This document shows, in pieces, positions 44,169 through 53,310 of a stretch of DNA of 53,310 nucleotides. The first letter of the stretch is position 1, and each line of letters opens with the position of its first letter. Origin of the DNA: Bryobacterales bacterium. Lineage in GTDB: Bacteria > Acidobacteriota > Terriglobia > Bryobacterales > Bryobacteraceae. The position numbers were made by a program, and so were the translations under genes. The stretch lies in the NCBI GenBank assembly GCA_025462965.1, contig JAOAPQ010000434.1, forward strand, positions 1-53,310. The letters are read 5' to 3'. The notes beneath the pieces are model-generated. The model was not told where the DNA came from. It made no database searches and saw only the letters and a list, made by a program, of their open reading frames with translations.

Positions 44169-46562
44169 TTAGGGAAGACGTCGAAAGAAATCTACCGTCG
44201 CCACATTCGATGGCGTTGCCGCCGCCGTTGTAGCGTAGTTCGTCACGTAGGGTCCGGTCTTAGCTGTGGAGATGGCTTGCGTGAATGTGCCCGAGGTCGT
44301 GTAGTTAACCCCGTCTGTTGACCAGCTCTCGGTCCACACGTTCCCGGCTCTGCCGACACGAAGATAAAACGACCCGGCGGTAACCGGAAGAGCTGCGTTG
44401 ATAAACGGATTCCCCTGAACACTCGCCGCCGTTGATGAAGCATAAATCTGGTAGCCCGAGGTCTGATTTGAGTACACTTCAAAACGCAAGAAGTTGGAGG
44501 CGTCACTGGAAACCATGATGCCTTCTCCGTTATAAGAGTTCGCGGCCACTGACGGCAAGGAATTGAATTTTGCAACCACGTTGAAATCGACATTGCTGAT
44601 GCTCTGCTCAAGCCGTACGGCGTTGTTCGTGGTCGAATCGTTGGGATCATGAGTGGAGCCTCCCGGTGCCACCAACTGCACCGCTGTTCCTGTGGTGGAT
44701 TGGCTTCCACCGGCAGGTGCAACCAGCGCCCACAACGAGCTGTTGATCGGCGTTGTGTTGAATTCGTCACTTATCACCCCGCCGCCGCTCGGAACGCTGA
44801 CCGTAATATTGATGGTCTTGGTTGCGGTGGCCGCAACGTGATCTGTCGCTCGGAGGACGAAACTGAATGTCCCAGCCGCCGTAGGCGTCCCGCTGATCAC
44901 GCCGGCCGCGGAAAGCGATAGTCCCGGCGGCAATGTGCCGCTGCTCACGGCCCATGCGTAGGGAGCGGTGCCACCAGCCGCCGTCAGGCTGTCCGAATAG
45001 GGAACAGTCATTGACCCGCCCGGCAAGGGCGACGTAGTACCGATAGTTAACGGCGCGGCCGCTGCTGTAGGCACAGTCAAACTAAATGCACCAGTGACTG
45101 TTTGCGAGCTGGAGTCCGTAAGCTTGACAGTAAAATTCCACGTTCCCGCCGCCGTCGGAGTGCCCGATAACGCTCCCGCAGGGCTCAGTGCTAACCCGGG
45201 TGGCAAAGAGCCGCCTGTCTGATACCACGTGTAAGGTGTCGTGCCGCCTGATCCCGCGAACACTTGAGAATAGGCAGTACCCACTACGCCGGCCGGCAAT
45301 GCAGAAGCAGTCGTAATCGACGGGCCTGTGCTCGACGCGCAAGTGGCCGTGTACGTGTTGTTGGTAAAGGTGGCAGGCTGCTTCGCACCGCCGCCCGAGT
45401 CGTAGCCGTACCAAGGCGAGTTCTTGGTCGGACCGCAGATCGCGTTGTTTGAGATCACCGCTCCAGAGATGGCAATCGACATGAACCAGGCTGGACCAGG
45501 GTCTCCCACCATCGATTGTATGATGTTTCCATCCGCCCGGTTGAGGCCCATCTCAATTCCTATCGCGTAGTTGTAGTCCCCGCTGCCGTGGTTTTCGGGA
45601 ACCGCAGGACCAATGGGACTCAAGTAAATTTGGTTCTGACTGACCTCCGAATTAACCGCACACCAGGGCATGACCGAAATTCCCATCGTGTCCCAATATG
45701 GCGAAACGAAGGAATGCAGCACGTTGTTATCGACCTTAAGGCTGTTTACGCAAAACCCGCTGTATCCTTCCTGATTCTCAATGGCCATGCGATGAATCTG
45801 ATAGAAGTTATTGCGCAAAATGTTGTAGGGTCCGGGGTGGGGGGTGAGGCTGGAATTTGGAGGCATCTTAATCGCGTTCGATCCCATGTTCCGGAAAGTG
45901 TTGTCGTTTATGTCATAGCTGTCGGCCATCTCGACAGAAAGCGCGCTAGACACCCAATCTCCGTTTATCGCAGCTATCCAATCAGTATTATAATTATTGT
46001 TCCCATACGTAATATCCTGGAACACGTTGTTTGTGATGGTCACGTGCCCAAACCCCCATCCAACCAAATAGATCCCCATATGCGCCACATCGTTCCAGCC
46101 ATTCGTATTCTGAATATGCCGGAAGGTGCTGTTCGTGATAGTGACATTGCCTCCCTTTTGGTCATTCGCGTCGAAGAACAATCCGCCTCCGTCGAAGGTA
46201 ATGCCCGTGATAACGATATTTTGGATCTGTTGGTGAATTTGGGCGATCACATACCCCCCGGAGCCGTTGCCCTGGTAGCCCAGGAAAACCGGGTTTCCTT
46301 GACCCTGGTACGTACAGTTCGCTTTCAGGGTCAAGGTTGAGCCGATATTGTACGTCCCCGCCGGGAAAGTCACTGTTCCGCCGTTGGGGCAGTTATTAAT
46401 CGCAGCCTGCACTGCAGCTGTGTCATCTGCTGACGCCTGATGGACAGCCACGAAGGAGATGGCGAGCGGCACAAGAAGCCGAATCCAGCGCAAGGTCCGG
46501 GTACACGCTCCCCCGGAGGCGCAAAAACGCGTCGAGAAAAAGTTATCGAAATTTATATTCAT
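44169..46562 (-). CDS. Secreted beta-helix protein fused to Ig-like repeats and a C-terminal ConA/LamG-like module (797 aa)
   Basis: The signal-like segment is LRWIRLLVPLAISFVAVHQASA. The beta-helix half is paralogous to 42409..44046. Ig-like repeats contain PPGL(A/S)LS.AG..SGTPTAAGT(W/F).F. The C-terminal module ISDEFNTTPINSSLWALVAPAGG...VATVDFF belongs to the same family as in the giant proteins. Confidence 0.85.
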   Translation of the reverse strand: MNINFDNFFSTRFCASGGACTRTLRWIRLLVPLAISFVAVHQASADDTAAVQAAINNCPNGGTVTFPAGTYNIGSTLTLKANCTYQGQGNPVFLGYQGNGSGGYVIAQIHQQIQNIVITGITFDGGGLFFDANDQKGGNVTITNSTFRHIQNTNGWNDVAHMGIYLVGWGFGHVTITNNVFQDITYGNNNYNTDWIAAINGDWVSSALSVEMADSYDINDNTFRNMGSNAIKMPPNSSLTPHPGPYNILRNNFYQIHRMAIENQEGYSGFCVNSLKVDNNVLHSFVSPYWDTMGISVMPWCAVNSEVSQNQIYLSPIGPAVPENHGSGDYNYAIGIEMGLNRADGNIIQSMVGDPGPAWFMSIAISGAVISNNAICGPTKNSPWYGYDSGGGAKQPATFTNNTYTATCASSTGPSITTASALPAGVVGTAYSQVFAGSGGTTPYTWYQTGGSLPPGLALSPAGALSGTPTAAGTWNFTVKLTDSSSQTVTGAFSLTVPTAAAAPLTIGTTSPLPGGSMTVPYSDSLTAAGGTAPYAWAVSSGTLPPGLSLSAAGVISGTPTAAGTFSFVLRATDHVAATATKTINITVSVPSGGGVISDEFNTTPINSSLWALVAPAGGSQSTTGTAVQLVAPGGSTHDPNDSTTNNAVRLEQSISNVDFNVVAKFNSLPSVAANSYNGEGIMVSSDASNFLRFEVYSNQTSGYQIYASSTAASVQGNPFINAALPVTAGSFYLRVGRAGNVWTESWSTDGVNYTTSGTFTQAISTAKTGPYVTNYATTAAATPSNVATVDFFRRLP

Positions 46563-47260
46563 TATGATGTATTTCTTTTGTGGTAAATCGGCTATTTCTA
46601 TTGCGAGCTGCGTAATTCAACTTCGGCACACGCTGGCCTGTGAGCGCAAAGGTTCGCCGGCCTGCCGCCAGAACCGATGACGGCGGCGCGGAGTGCTGCC
46701 TACGGAAAACTTGAAGCGGGGTCGCGACCACCGAAAATGCGCACGCGCCGTTACGCCAAGTCGATTCGCGGCCTGCGGCCCACTTCGTTTTAAGCCAGTA
46801 GTGGATGGGGCGCAGCCCTAACCGCTGACTCCTTAGGTATCTTCAGTGCTTTCGGATGGGTATATCTAGAGTGAAATCGCGCTTGCGCTCCCGCGGATGA
46901 TCCCCTGATTGCGGGAAGCGGGTCCGCCTGCGAACAACCCTAGACTAGAGTCCTTGTATCTATTCTATGGTGACGCCTCGGAAAGCTTCTGAGGCTGGGA
47001 TGCCCTCTCATCACCGTGTAACCTCGATCGCATAACCTGAATGAATCTGCTCGGCTGAGCGACAAAGACCGGGGAAAAGAGGCAGCAATGCCAAGGGAGG
47101 CAAAATGAGATTGTCCCAACCTATCGCTTGATTGGCTTACGGCTTCGCTAGGCTGGCAACTCTTAAAAAATAGCTGTATGAAGAGTAATAACGGATTGGT
47201 TGGCATTGTTGATGACTCCGTACATCGGACATTAAGATCTTTAAATAATCTAATTCAACT

Positions 47261-47288
47261 AGAAGGAAAACGCAAGAAGGAAAACGCA
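47261..47288. repeat. Perfect tandem duplication of the 14-mer AGAAGGAAAACGCA inside an AT-rich non-coding stretch
   Basis: Read directly from the sequence: 47261-47274 equals 47275-47288. Confidence 0.9.
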
Positions 47289-47841
47289 ATCTACAGTGAC
47301 CACTATTTAAACTTTTTCGTGACTCCCCGGGTCCATGACTGGTCCCGGACGTTAACTTCTCCAGGAACGGCGATTCGACCAAAGAGAAAGAGTGATGCGC
47401 GAGCGCTCAGATACCGGCGCCGCTACTGGCGCGAAACAGTCCAATTGCGAGCAATCGCTCTGCCAATACAGGAGCCCATATATATCACTGTGTTAGGGAC
47501 GGTAAAGTGCAATAAACGCTCGGGAAGGCGACCGGCCGAGTAAAAACTTGCCTGTCGGGCCGCTGAGGCCAAACTCAATGGAGGCTGTCTGGTTCGTGTT
47601 CTTTGGACTCGGATCAGTGCGACCGCCGAGATAGGCAAGCACAAGAACGTGACACTACGTCGAAAGCCACAGAGTGCGGGAGCGCGATGCTAAATCAAAA
47701 CTGCAGCCGGCGACAGAGATCCGGCGGGGGGATTTGAGACGGCCTGAGCCGGCACTACCGTTGCGCTTTGCCGCCACTAGGCACACGATAGGCGCAATAC
47801 TCGGATTACAGGGAGGAAACAGTCTCGACAGTTATCAATTT

Positions 47842-47889
47842 TGGGGTGGTTAGTGGGGATTGAACTCACGACATCCGGAACCACAATCC
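47842..47889 (-). pseudogene. 3' fragment (~48 nt) of a tRNA-His gene; not a complete tRNA
   Basis: The minus strand reads GGATTGTGGTTCCGGATGTCGTGAGTTCAATCCCCACTAACCACCCCA. This gives an anticodon loop TTGTGGT (GTG), a variable loop ATGTC, a T-loop TTCAATC, the acceptor 3' strand, discriminator C and CCA. It closely parallels the E. coli tRNA-His 3' half as I recall it. No D-arm or 5' acceptor strand (GTGGTTA) lies upstream. Confidence 0.6.
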
Positions 47890-48189
47890 TCAGAATGGAG
47901 CAACTTCTATTGTCCTGCAATGACAGATAGGGCGCTTTAAGTGGAGTGATTTCGCGTCGTTTCGCATGGCTTTGGGCACAGGAATAGGTACACACCACTG
48001 GGGTGACCCCCCCCATTGAGACTAAAACGCAGTTGCCACACTCGCCGTTCGTGACCGTTGCGCCATCAGGCGGTACATGTTCGTTCATTATGCAGGACGA
48101 CAAGGGGGTGCGGCTCTTGGCGTACACAACAGCGCTGGTGAACCATCGCGTGCTTCTACAGTGCAAATACCCGGCCGCAAAGAATCGAA

Positions 48190-48787
48190 TACTGCGTTCG
48201 TACCTTCCAGCGCGGCTCCGGCTCTCTGACCTCGAGTAGTCCACTCTGGCCGAGATTGGCAAGCGATCGGCCGTAAGTACCTTGCTGAAGTGGCCTGTGT
48301 AGCCGAGCCCAGATACCATTCTCGGTTGGTACCGGCGGGCTGATTTGCCCGCAAGCTCGATGGGTCCAAGAGCCGCTCATATCCCGGTCGGCCCCGCATC
48401 GACGAGACATCCGGCTGCCTGCGTCCCCACCGCTACCGTGCTCCACCATCGCGATGCAAAGTTCTGCGCCGCCTTCGACGATCTGTTGCTGTGCGGCGGC
48501 GCCCATTATCTGACTCTCCCTCCGCGGAGCCCGAACTGAGCGCATTCGCCGAGAGTTGGGTGCGTACCGTCAAGGACGAATCCCTTTCCAAGCTGATCCG
48601 GTTCGGCGAATCTTCGCTCCGCCGAGCTTTGCACGAGTTCATCGCCCACTTTCATTCCGAGCGGAACCATCAAGACAAGAGGAACCTCCTACTATTCCCT
48701 TCTCCAGCGAGGACAACGACTCGCCGAAGCGTTTGCTGCCGCGAACGCCTCGGCGGTTTACTTCGATACTTCTCACGGGCGGGTTGA
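48190..48787 (+). pseudogene. Decayed DDE transposase (rve integrase-core, IS481/IS3-like) with frameshifts and an internal deletion
   Basis: Pieces lie in three frames. They include STLAEIGKRSAVSTLLKW (HTH-like); TILGWYRR / LI / ARKLDGSKSRSYPGRPRIDE; and HHRDAKFCAAFDDLL...LPPRSPN. After a frameshift near 48535 come LSAFAESWVRTVKDESLSKLIRFGESSLRRALHEFIAHFHSERNHQ...CCRERLGGLLRYFSRAG and a stop at 48787. Only ~0.6 kb of an expected ~1.1 kb remains. The left boundary is approximate. Confidence 0.7.
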
Positions 48788-48883
48788 TTCTTTGACTACA
48801 CGGGTATCCGCGCGATGCAGGATGAACAATTTGCCATGTTTTCAACATAAACGAGGAGTAGTGGGTTCTTAGCGTAGGGATAT

Positions 48884-50143
48884 CTACCAGAAATAAGAAC
48901 CCACAACTTTCGGCGATGCGGCTGCGCCGCCGATGACCTTCACGGAGAGCACCAGTTGCAGGTTCCTCTTCTGCCATCCCGGCGGCCCGTCATGCAACGC
49001 TTCCGCCAACAAATCCGCGTTCGTAACCAGATCGGCAGCTGCATCTGTTCCATAGGATGTAACGCCCGCGAGTTCCACGAGCATTGCGTGAGTATCGGAA
49101 TGGAAAACACGGGAGACGATCGCGTAATCCCTATCTGTCTTACGGTCGCGCGGCAGATCAGGCAAAGTCCATTTTGTCGGTAGGCCATTGTCGGTGATGC
49201 CAACGGGGCGGCGCGCACCATCAATGAAATAACGCATCTGACTGCTAATCTCTTTCCAGCGCGTATAAGAGTACCCAATCAGGATAGCGGGGCCAGTGCG
49301 GAGGTCGTGAAACGATACATCGTTGCCCACCTTGAGGAAATATGGGCGCTGTTGCCGGGTGAACATCGCGGACAGCCGCATGGAAGCCATCAGATCGCCG
49401 CCGCCGACGAACTGATCTTTTAATTGGACGAACTCATCCGCTTGCACCGGCGCTGCCGCAGTCCCCTCCCGGTCCAGGCCATATACAGGAACGTAGGCTA
49501 CACACAGCGAAATGGGCGTGTTGTCTTTGAAAACAGGTGCCCAAAACTGCTCCAGAACCGTCGGGTTATGGCCTCCGTACATCCAAACGAACGATGCGGC
49601 GATGAGCCCAACCGCAAGACCTGGAAGCGCGAGCCAACGATATCGCCATAGTGTCTTCTGCCCCAACACGGGTTGCGTCACGGCAGCGTGCACGGCGGGC
49701 GCCGTGGGGGAGACTTCAGGTATCCCCACATCCGGCTTTGCCCGCCTGAAGGCCGGCACATAGGTACCCAAAGGTAACTCAATCCGGATGGAATTCCGAA
49801 CGCCTCCGGTGGCATAGTAAAGACCCAGCCGCTTGCGCACCTCGCCGGCCTTCACGCGAACAGTCGCGTCCTCCCCAGGGTCGTAACCAGGCGATCGATG
49901 GAATACGTCGACGCCAATCGTACGCTCCTTAAGGACGTCCGTCGACCCTTTCAGCGTGTGCTCGACTACAAATGCAAGAAACTCCTGGCTTCGCTTGCTT
50001 GCCCGGAACTCTTCTGAATGCAAAACTCGGTCAAGTTCTTCGCGCACCAACTCCGGGGGAATCTGACCGCCATGCGCATCGTCGCGGATACTTCCATCGA
50101 TATTACCTCCCGGGAATTCGGCTGACGCTGCGAACCTTTCCAT
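48884..50143 (-). CDS. Membrane-anchored winged-helix (CadC/OmpR-type) transcriptional regulator with a periplasmic domain
   Basis: ORF track gives 48884..50629. I start at ATG 50143 (MERFAASAEF). The wHTH-like region is FRASKRSQEFLAFVVEHTLKGSTDVLKERTIGVDVF...VRVKAGEVRKRLGLYY...IELPLGTYVP. The TM helix is WLALPGLAVGLIAASFVWMY. The upstream 162 codons overlap the divergent gene region and look non-coding. Confidence 0.65.
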   Translation of the reverse strand: MERFAASAEFPGGNIDGSIRDDAHGGQIPPELVREELDRVLHSEEFRASKRSQEFLAFVVEHTLKGSTDVLKERTIGVDVFHRSPGYDPGEDATVRVKAGEVRKRLGLYYATGGVRNSIRIELPLGTYVPAFRRAKPDVGIPEVSPTAPAVHAAVTQPVLGQKTLWRYRWLALPGLAVGLIAASFVWMYGGHNPTVLEQFWAPVFKDNTPISLCVAYVPVYGLDREGTAAAPVQADEFVQLKDQFVGGGDLMASMRLSAMFTRQQRPYFLKVGNDVSFHDLRTGPAILIGYSYTRWKEISSQMRYFIDGARRPVGITDNGLPTKWTLPDLPRDRKTDRDYAIVSRVFHSDTHAMLVELAGVTSYGTDAAADLVTNADLLAEALHDGPPGWQKRNLQLVLSVKVIGGAAASPKVVGSYFW

Positions 50144-50296
50144 TTGCGATTTGGTCAATCTTAACACGTTCGAAACTACGCCAACACATTGAAAACAGAT
50201 TCGTTCGATGGCTGTTACGAACGTCCTCATAACAGTTATGAACCACATGCCCAGCACGAGTCCGCGGCACCCTTGTGGTCTAATTGCTATTCCTAT

Positions 50297-51256
50297 ATGT
50301 GGCGGATGTGTCTGGTGGGCATGGTCGGCGGATTTAGCTTTGCAGCCGCCGGGCAGGACTCTCCGGCGCAAAGAGGCGTCGACCTTGCGATCAGCGGCCG
50401 CTGCACGGAAGCGATACTGTTGCTCGATCAGGCAATGCGTGACGAGCACATTAAGACCGCGGAAAAACGCACGGTCAGCACAGCCGGGATCCGCTGTTCG
50501 ATGCTGCTCAACCAGCAGAACGACGTGATGAGCTTCCTTGCCTGGCTGCAACAGCAGTATCCACGTGACCCTGAAATCCTGTTTCTTGCGGTTCATGTGT
50601 TCTCGGACCTCAGCCAACGCAATGCTCACGAATTGATGAGTTCGTCGCCGGAATCACCGCTGGTGATTCAACTGAATGCCGAGAGTTTCGAGAAGCGGCG
50701 TGACGTGGCGAGAGCGATCGCGGAGTACCGGATCCTGTTGCGGCAGGTACCAGACAAACAGGGGATACATTATCGGATCGGCGGGCTGCTGATGTCGCAG
50801 TCGTCGATGGCCGACGCTCCCGAAGAGGCGAAGAAGGAGTTTCAGGAGGAAATCAAATTGAACCCGCAGAACGCGAGCGCGGAGTTCTATTTGGGCGAGT
50901 TGGAACTTCAGGAGAATAATTTGTCGCAAGCGATCGAGCACTACAAGCGCGCCACAATCATTTACCCTGGCTTCGCGGAAGCATATGGCAGACTGGGCGG
51001 TGCATTGCTCGATTCCGGGAGGACCGCCGACGCTGTGGCGCCGCTTGAGCAAGCAGTCATTTTAAAGCCGGATGATCCCGCCTTCCACCTCTCCCTCGCG
51101 ACGGTTTACCTACGGTCGGGGCGAAAGGCCGACGCGGAACGCGAGTACGCTTTGCAAAAGAGCACGTCGGAAAAAATCAACCAGAACATCAAAACCTTGC
51201 GAAAGACGGTTTCCGGCGAGCCTGCGGCGGCTGCAGATCCAGCGAAGCAGCGGTGA
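50297..51256 (+). CDS. Secreted TPR-repeat protein
   Basis: ORF track gives 50189..51256, and I start at ATG 50297 (MWRMCLVGMVGGFSFAAAGQ, signal-like). TPR-like repeats include AEFYLGELELQENNLSQAIEHYKRATIIYPGFAEAYGRLGGALLDSGRTADAVAPLEQAVILKPDDPAFHLSLATVY. Confidence 0.75.
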   Translation: MWRMCLVGMVGGFSFAAAGQDSPAQRGVDLAISGRCTEAILLLDQAMRDEHIKTAEKRTVSTAGIRCSMLLNQQNDVMSFLAWLQQQYPRDPEILFLAVHVFSDLSQRNAHELMSSSPESPLVIQLNAESFEKRRDVARAIAEYRILLRQVPDKQGIHYRIGGLLMSQSSMADAPEEAKKEFQEEIKLNPQNASAEFYLGELELQENNLSQAIEHYKRATIIYPGFAEAYGRLGGALLDSGRTADAVAPLEQAVILKPDDPAFHLSLATVYLRSGRKADAEREYALQKSTSEKINQNIKTLRKTVSGEPAAAADPAKQR

Positions 51257-52905
51257 GGCGACTGCTGGCGGCGGCTCTGCTGCTAGGCGCGGCTTTCGCC
51301 CAGCAGAAGCACCCGCACTTCACGGATGTCGCTCCGCATTCCAGGTTTTCCTACGTCACGAATAATGATCTTTCGCCGCGAAAGTACTTCGCGCAACCGA
51401 TGTGCGGCGGAGTCGCCATGTTCGATTTCGATAACGATGGCCGCATGGACATCTTTTTCACCAACGGCGCGAAACTGCCTGAGCTGAAGAAGACCGGGGC
51501 ACGATTTCATAACTGCCTGTTGCGGAATAAAGGCGGCGGCGAATTCGAGGATGTGGCCGGCACAGCCGGTCTGGCCGGCGAAGAGCTCGACTACAACTTT
51601 GGCGTGGCTGCCGGAGATTTCGATAACGATGGTCACGAAGATCTATTCATTTGCAGCGCCGGACGAAACGCGCTGTATCGAAACAACGGCAACGGCACTT
51701 TCAGTGACATCACGGCACGATCCGGTCTGACGAAGCCCCCGGACACAATGAGCATCGGCGCCGCCTGGTTCGACTACGACAACGACGGACTTCTCGATCT
51801 GGTGGTCGCCAACTATACGACCTGGAGCCCTCAGACGGACAAGCGGTGCGCGGCGGCGGGCCTCGAGTACTATTGCGATCCCCGGTTGTTCTATGACGCT
51901 GTGCCCGCGCGTCTCTACCATAACCTGGGTCACGGCAGGTTTGAGGACGTGACGGAGAAATCCGGATTTGGCCGTGCCACGGGGAAAGGCATGGGGATCT
52001 CCATTGCGGATTTCAACGACGACGGATATCAGGATGTATTCATCGCGAACGATACGGAGCCGAATAGGCTCTTCCTCAATAAGGGCGATGGCATATTTGA
52101 GGAACAAGGGCTGCCCATGGGTGTCGCGTATAACGACACCTCGAACGCGGTTTCGTCCATGGGGAGCGACGCGAAGGACTACGACAACGATGGGAAGGTC
52201 GACATTTTCTACAACGATTTGATGGGTCAATTCTTCGCGCTGTTCCGGAATCAAGGTGATTCGTTCCGTTACGTCTCCCAGCAGACCAGGCTGGCGCGCC
52301 TGAGCAGGCCGTTTTCCGGCTGGAGCGCCGCTTTCATCGACTATGACAACGATGGCTGGAAGGATCTGTACAGCGCTAACGGCGATGTAGACGACAATAA
52401 ACCCAACGCGCGGCAACACGACACAATGTTTCAGAACCTCGGCGGCAAACAGTTCCAGGATGTTTCCGAAGAGATGGGTGAAGGATTTCTGCGCACCGGA
52501 TTTCAACGTGGGTCGGCGATCGGCGACTTGAATAACGACGGATTCGAAGACATCGTCGTGACGTCGCTCAACGAGCGGCCGCGCATTCTGATGAATTCGG
52601 CCGACAGCGGCAATCACTGGCTGGCGCTCGAGCTGGTGGGAAGGTACAGCAATCGCGACGCGATCGGAGCGAAGGTCAAGGTTATGACGGAATCGGGCCG
52701 GACGCTCTACAACCATGTGTCGGTGAGCGTCGGGTTCATGTCATCGAGCGATAAACGCGTTCACTTTGGACTGGGCGCCGAAAAACAGGTCACGTCGGTT
52801 GAGATCCGGTGGCCCCGCGGAGCGAAACAGACGCTCGCCGACTTGAAAACGGACCAATACATAAAGATTGAAGAACCTCTTCCGCGGCAGACGCCCCGTC
52901 CCTAA
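51253..52905 (+). CDS. CRTAC1-family protein (FG-GAP/VCBS repeats plus a C-terminal ASPIC/UnbV domain)
   Basis: GTG 51253 overlaps the TPR stop by 4 nt. The signal is MRRLLAAALLLGAAFAQQ. Repeats are FDFDNDGRMDIFFTNG, GDFDNDGHEDLFI, FDYDNDGLLDLVV, ADFNDDGYQDVFI, KDYDNDGKVDIF, IDYDNDGWKDLY and GDLNNDGFEDIVV. The UnbV-like end reads GNHWLALELVGRYSNRDAIGAKVKV...VEIRWPRG. Confidence 0.88.
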   Translation: MRRLLAAALLLGAAFAQQKHPHFTDVAPHSRFSYVTNNDLSPRKYFAQPMCGGVAMFDFDNDGRMDIFFTNGAKLPELKKTGARFHNCLLRNKGGGEFEDVAGTAGLAGEELDYNFGVAAGDFDNDGHEDLFICSAGRNALYRNNGNGTFSDITARSGLTKPPDTMSIGAAWFDYDNDGLLDLVVANYTTWSPQTDKRCAAAGLEYYCDPRLFYDAVPARLYHNLGHGRFEDVTEKSGFGRATGKGMGISIADFNDDGYQDVFIANDTEPNRLFLNKGDGIFEEQGLPMGVAYNDTSNAVSSMGSDAKDYDNDGKVDIFYNDLMGQFFALFRNQGDSFRYVSQQTRLARLSRPFSGWSAAFIDYDNDGWKDLYSANGDVDDNKPNARQHDTMFQNLGGKQFQDVSEEMGEGFLRTGFQRGSAIGDLNNDGFEDIVVTSLNERPRILMNSADSGNHWLALELVGRYSNRDAIGAKVKVMTESGRTLYNHVSVSVGFMSSSDKRVHFGLGAEKQVTSVEIRWPRGAKQTLADLKTDQYIKIEEPLPRQTPRP

Positions 52906-53022
52906 GTCATTCACCCGCATAACGTTCGACCGGTAACGAACGCATTCCTAACAATTTCACAACCGTTCGAAACTGGACGCTATTGTGCGCCGGGCGCACT
53001 ATGGCTTCACAGGGGAACGACT

Positions 53023-53310
53023 TTGAGAATCATTTGCATCGGCGCGCATCCTGACGATTGTGAGCTTAAGTTTGGCGGTACCGCCGCGAAACTTGCCATC
53101 GCCCGTCAGCATGAGAAGTTCGGGCCGCCGCTTGTCGAGATTCGCCGGCGGGAAACCGAGCAGGCGGCGCAACGCCTGGGGATCGCGGAAGCTCAGGTTC
53201 TGAACGCTCCGGACGGGGCCCTACAGCCTGACGGTGAAACACGCGGCGAGATCATCCGGCAGATTCGAAACTGCCAAGCCGAGGTGGTCCTTTCACATCG
53301 CGGGTGCGAC
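53023..53310 (+). CDS. PIG-L/LmbE-family deacetylase, 3' end cut by the window edge
   Basis: This ORF is not in the track because it is open at the window end. My translation from TTG 53023, with AGGGGA 6-7 nt upstream, reads RIICIGAHPDDCELKFGGTAAKLA...RRRETEQAAQRLGI. The AHPDD.E...GG signature is typical of PIG-L. Confidence 0.55.
   Translation, partial: MRIICIGAHPDDCELKFGGTAAKLAIARQHEKFGPPLVEIRRRETEQAAQRLGIAEAQVLNAPDGALQPDGETRGEIIRQIRNCQAEVVLSHRGCD

Noticed and set aside
47178-47543. 121-aa plus-strand ORF in the AT-rich scar region, with overlapping minus-strand ORFs 46940..47206 and 47137..47382
   Set aside because: There are no motifs, and the mutually overlapping ORFs sit in a compositionally atypical stretch. 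They are more consistent with decayed or non-coding DNA.
47842-47960. Possible complete tRNA gene on the minus strand
   Set aside because: Only the 3' ~48 nt are tRNA-like. No D-arm and no 5' acceptor strand complementary to TAACCAC is present, and anticodon-stem positions 27-28 do not pair. It is called a fragment instead.
50144-50629. 162-codon upstream extension of the winged-helix regulator ORF
   Set aside because: It has no motifs and overlaps the divergent TPR gene start region. The wHTH domain begins just after M163, and ATG 50143 is the plausible start.
51643-52716. 357-aa minus-strand ORF opposite the CRTAC1 gene. Analogous long antisense ORFs are 45516..46340, 33991..34701, 31846..32520, 35254..35868, 19849..20463, 7517..8254 and 1677..2264.
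   Set aside because: All lie fully inside genes with strong family signatures on the other strand and have antisense-type composition. They are treated as non-coding.

Overview
This 53.3-kb, GC-rich bacterial window looks acidobacterial by gene content (HAF/PEP-CTERM, DUF11 repeats, TPR plus CRTAC1/ASPIC-UnbV, FG-GAP). That taxon is an inference and was not verified. The window has four parts. (1) 1-16053 holds a family of very large secreted modular proteins. They are built from ~126-aa DUF11-type repeats, a recurring ConA/LamG-like jelly-roll module (8 copies window-wide), FN3 and FG-GAP/VCBS propellers, with small SAM methyltransferase genes interleaved. Downstream on the minus strand sit a HAF-repeat PEP-CTERM protein and a Met-rich/HxHP putative metal-binding protein. 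(2) 18355-44046 is a divergently organised exopolysaccharide locus. The minus arm encodes a NusG paralog, the priming sugar transferase, a GT26, a GDP-mannose 3,5-epimerase homolog and a GT4. The ~20-kb plus arm encodes wza-like and wzc-like genes, GT2/GT4 enzymes, rfbF, an SDR, three C-methyltransferase-type paralogs, a cupin/2OG-oxygenase-like ORF, a Wzy/O-antigen-ligase-like protein, two more methyltransferases and a beta-helix protein. (3) 46563-48883 is a gene-poor scar with a tRNA-His 3' fragment and a decayed DDE transposase. (4) 48884-53310 holds a winged-helix membrane regulator, a TPR plus CRTAC1 pair and a partial PIG-L deacetylase gene. The most notable signal is an exact ops-type element (GGCGGTAGCGTG) in the wza leader, directly beside the divergent NusG-paralog gene. 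No rRNA, intact tRNA or CRISPR array was seen. All calls rest on reading the ORF translations and DNA by eye; no searches were run.
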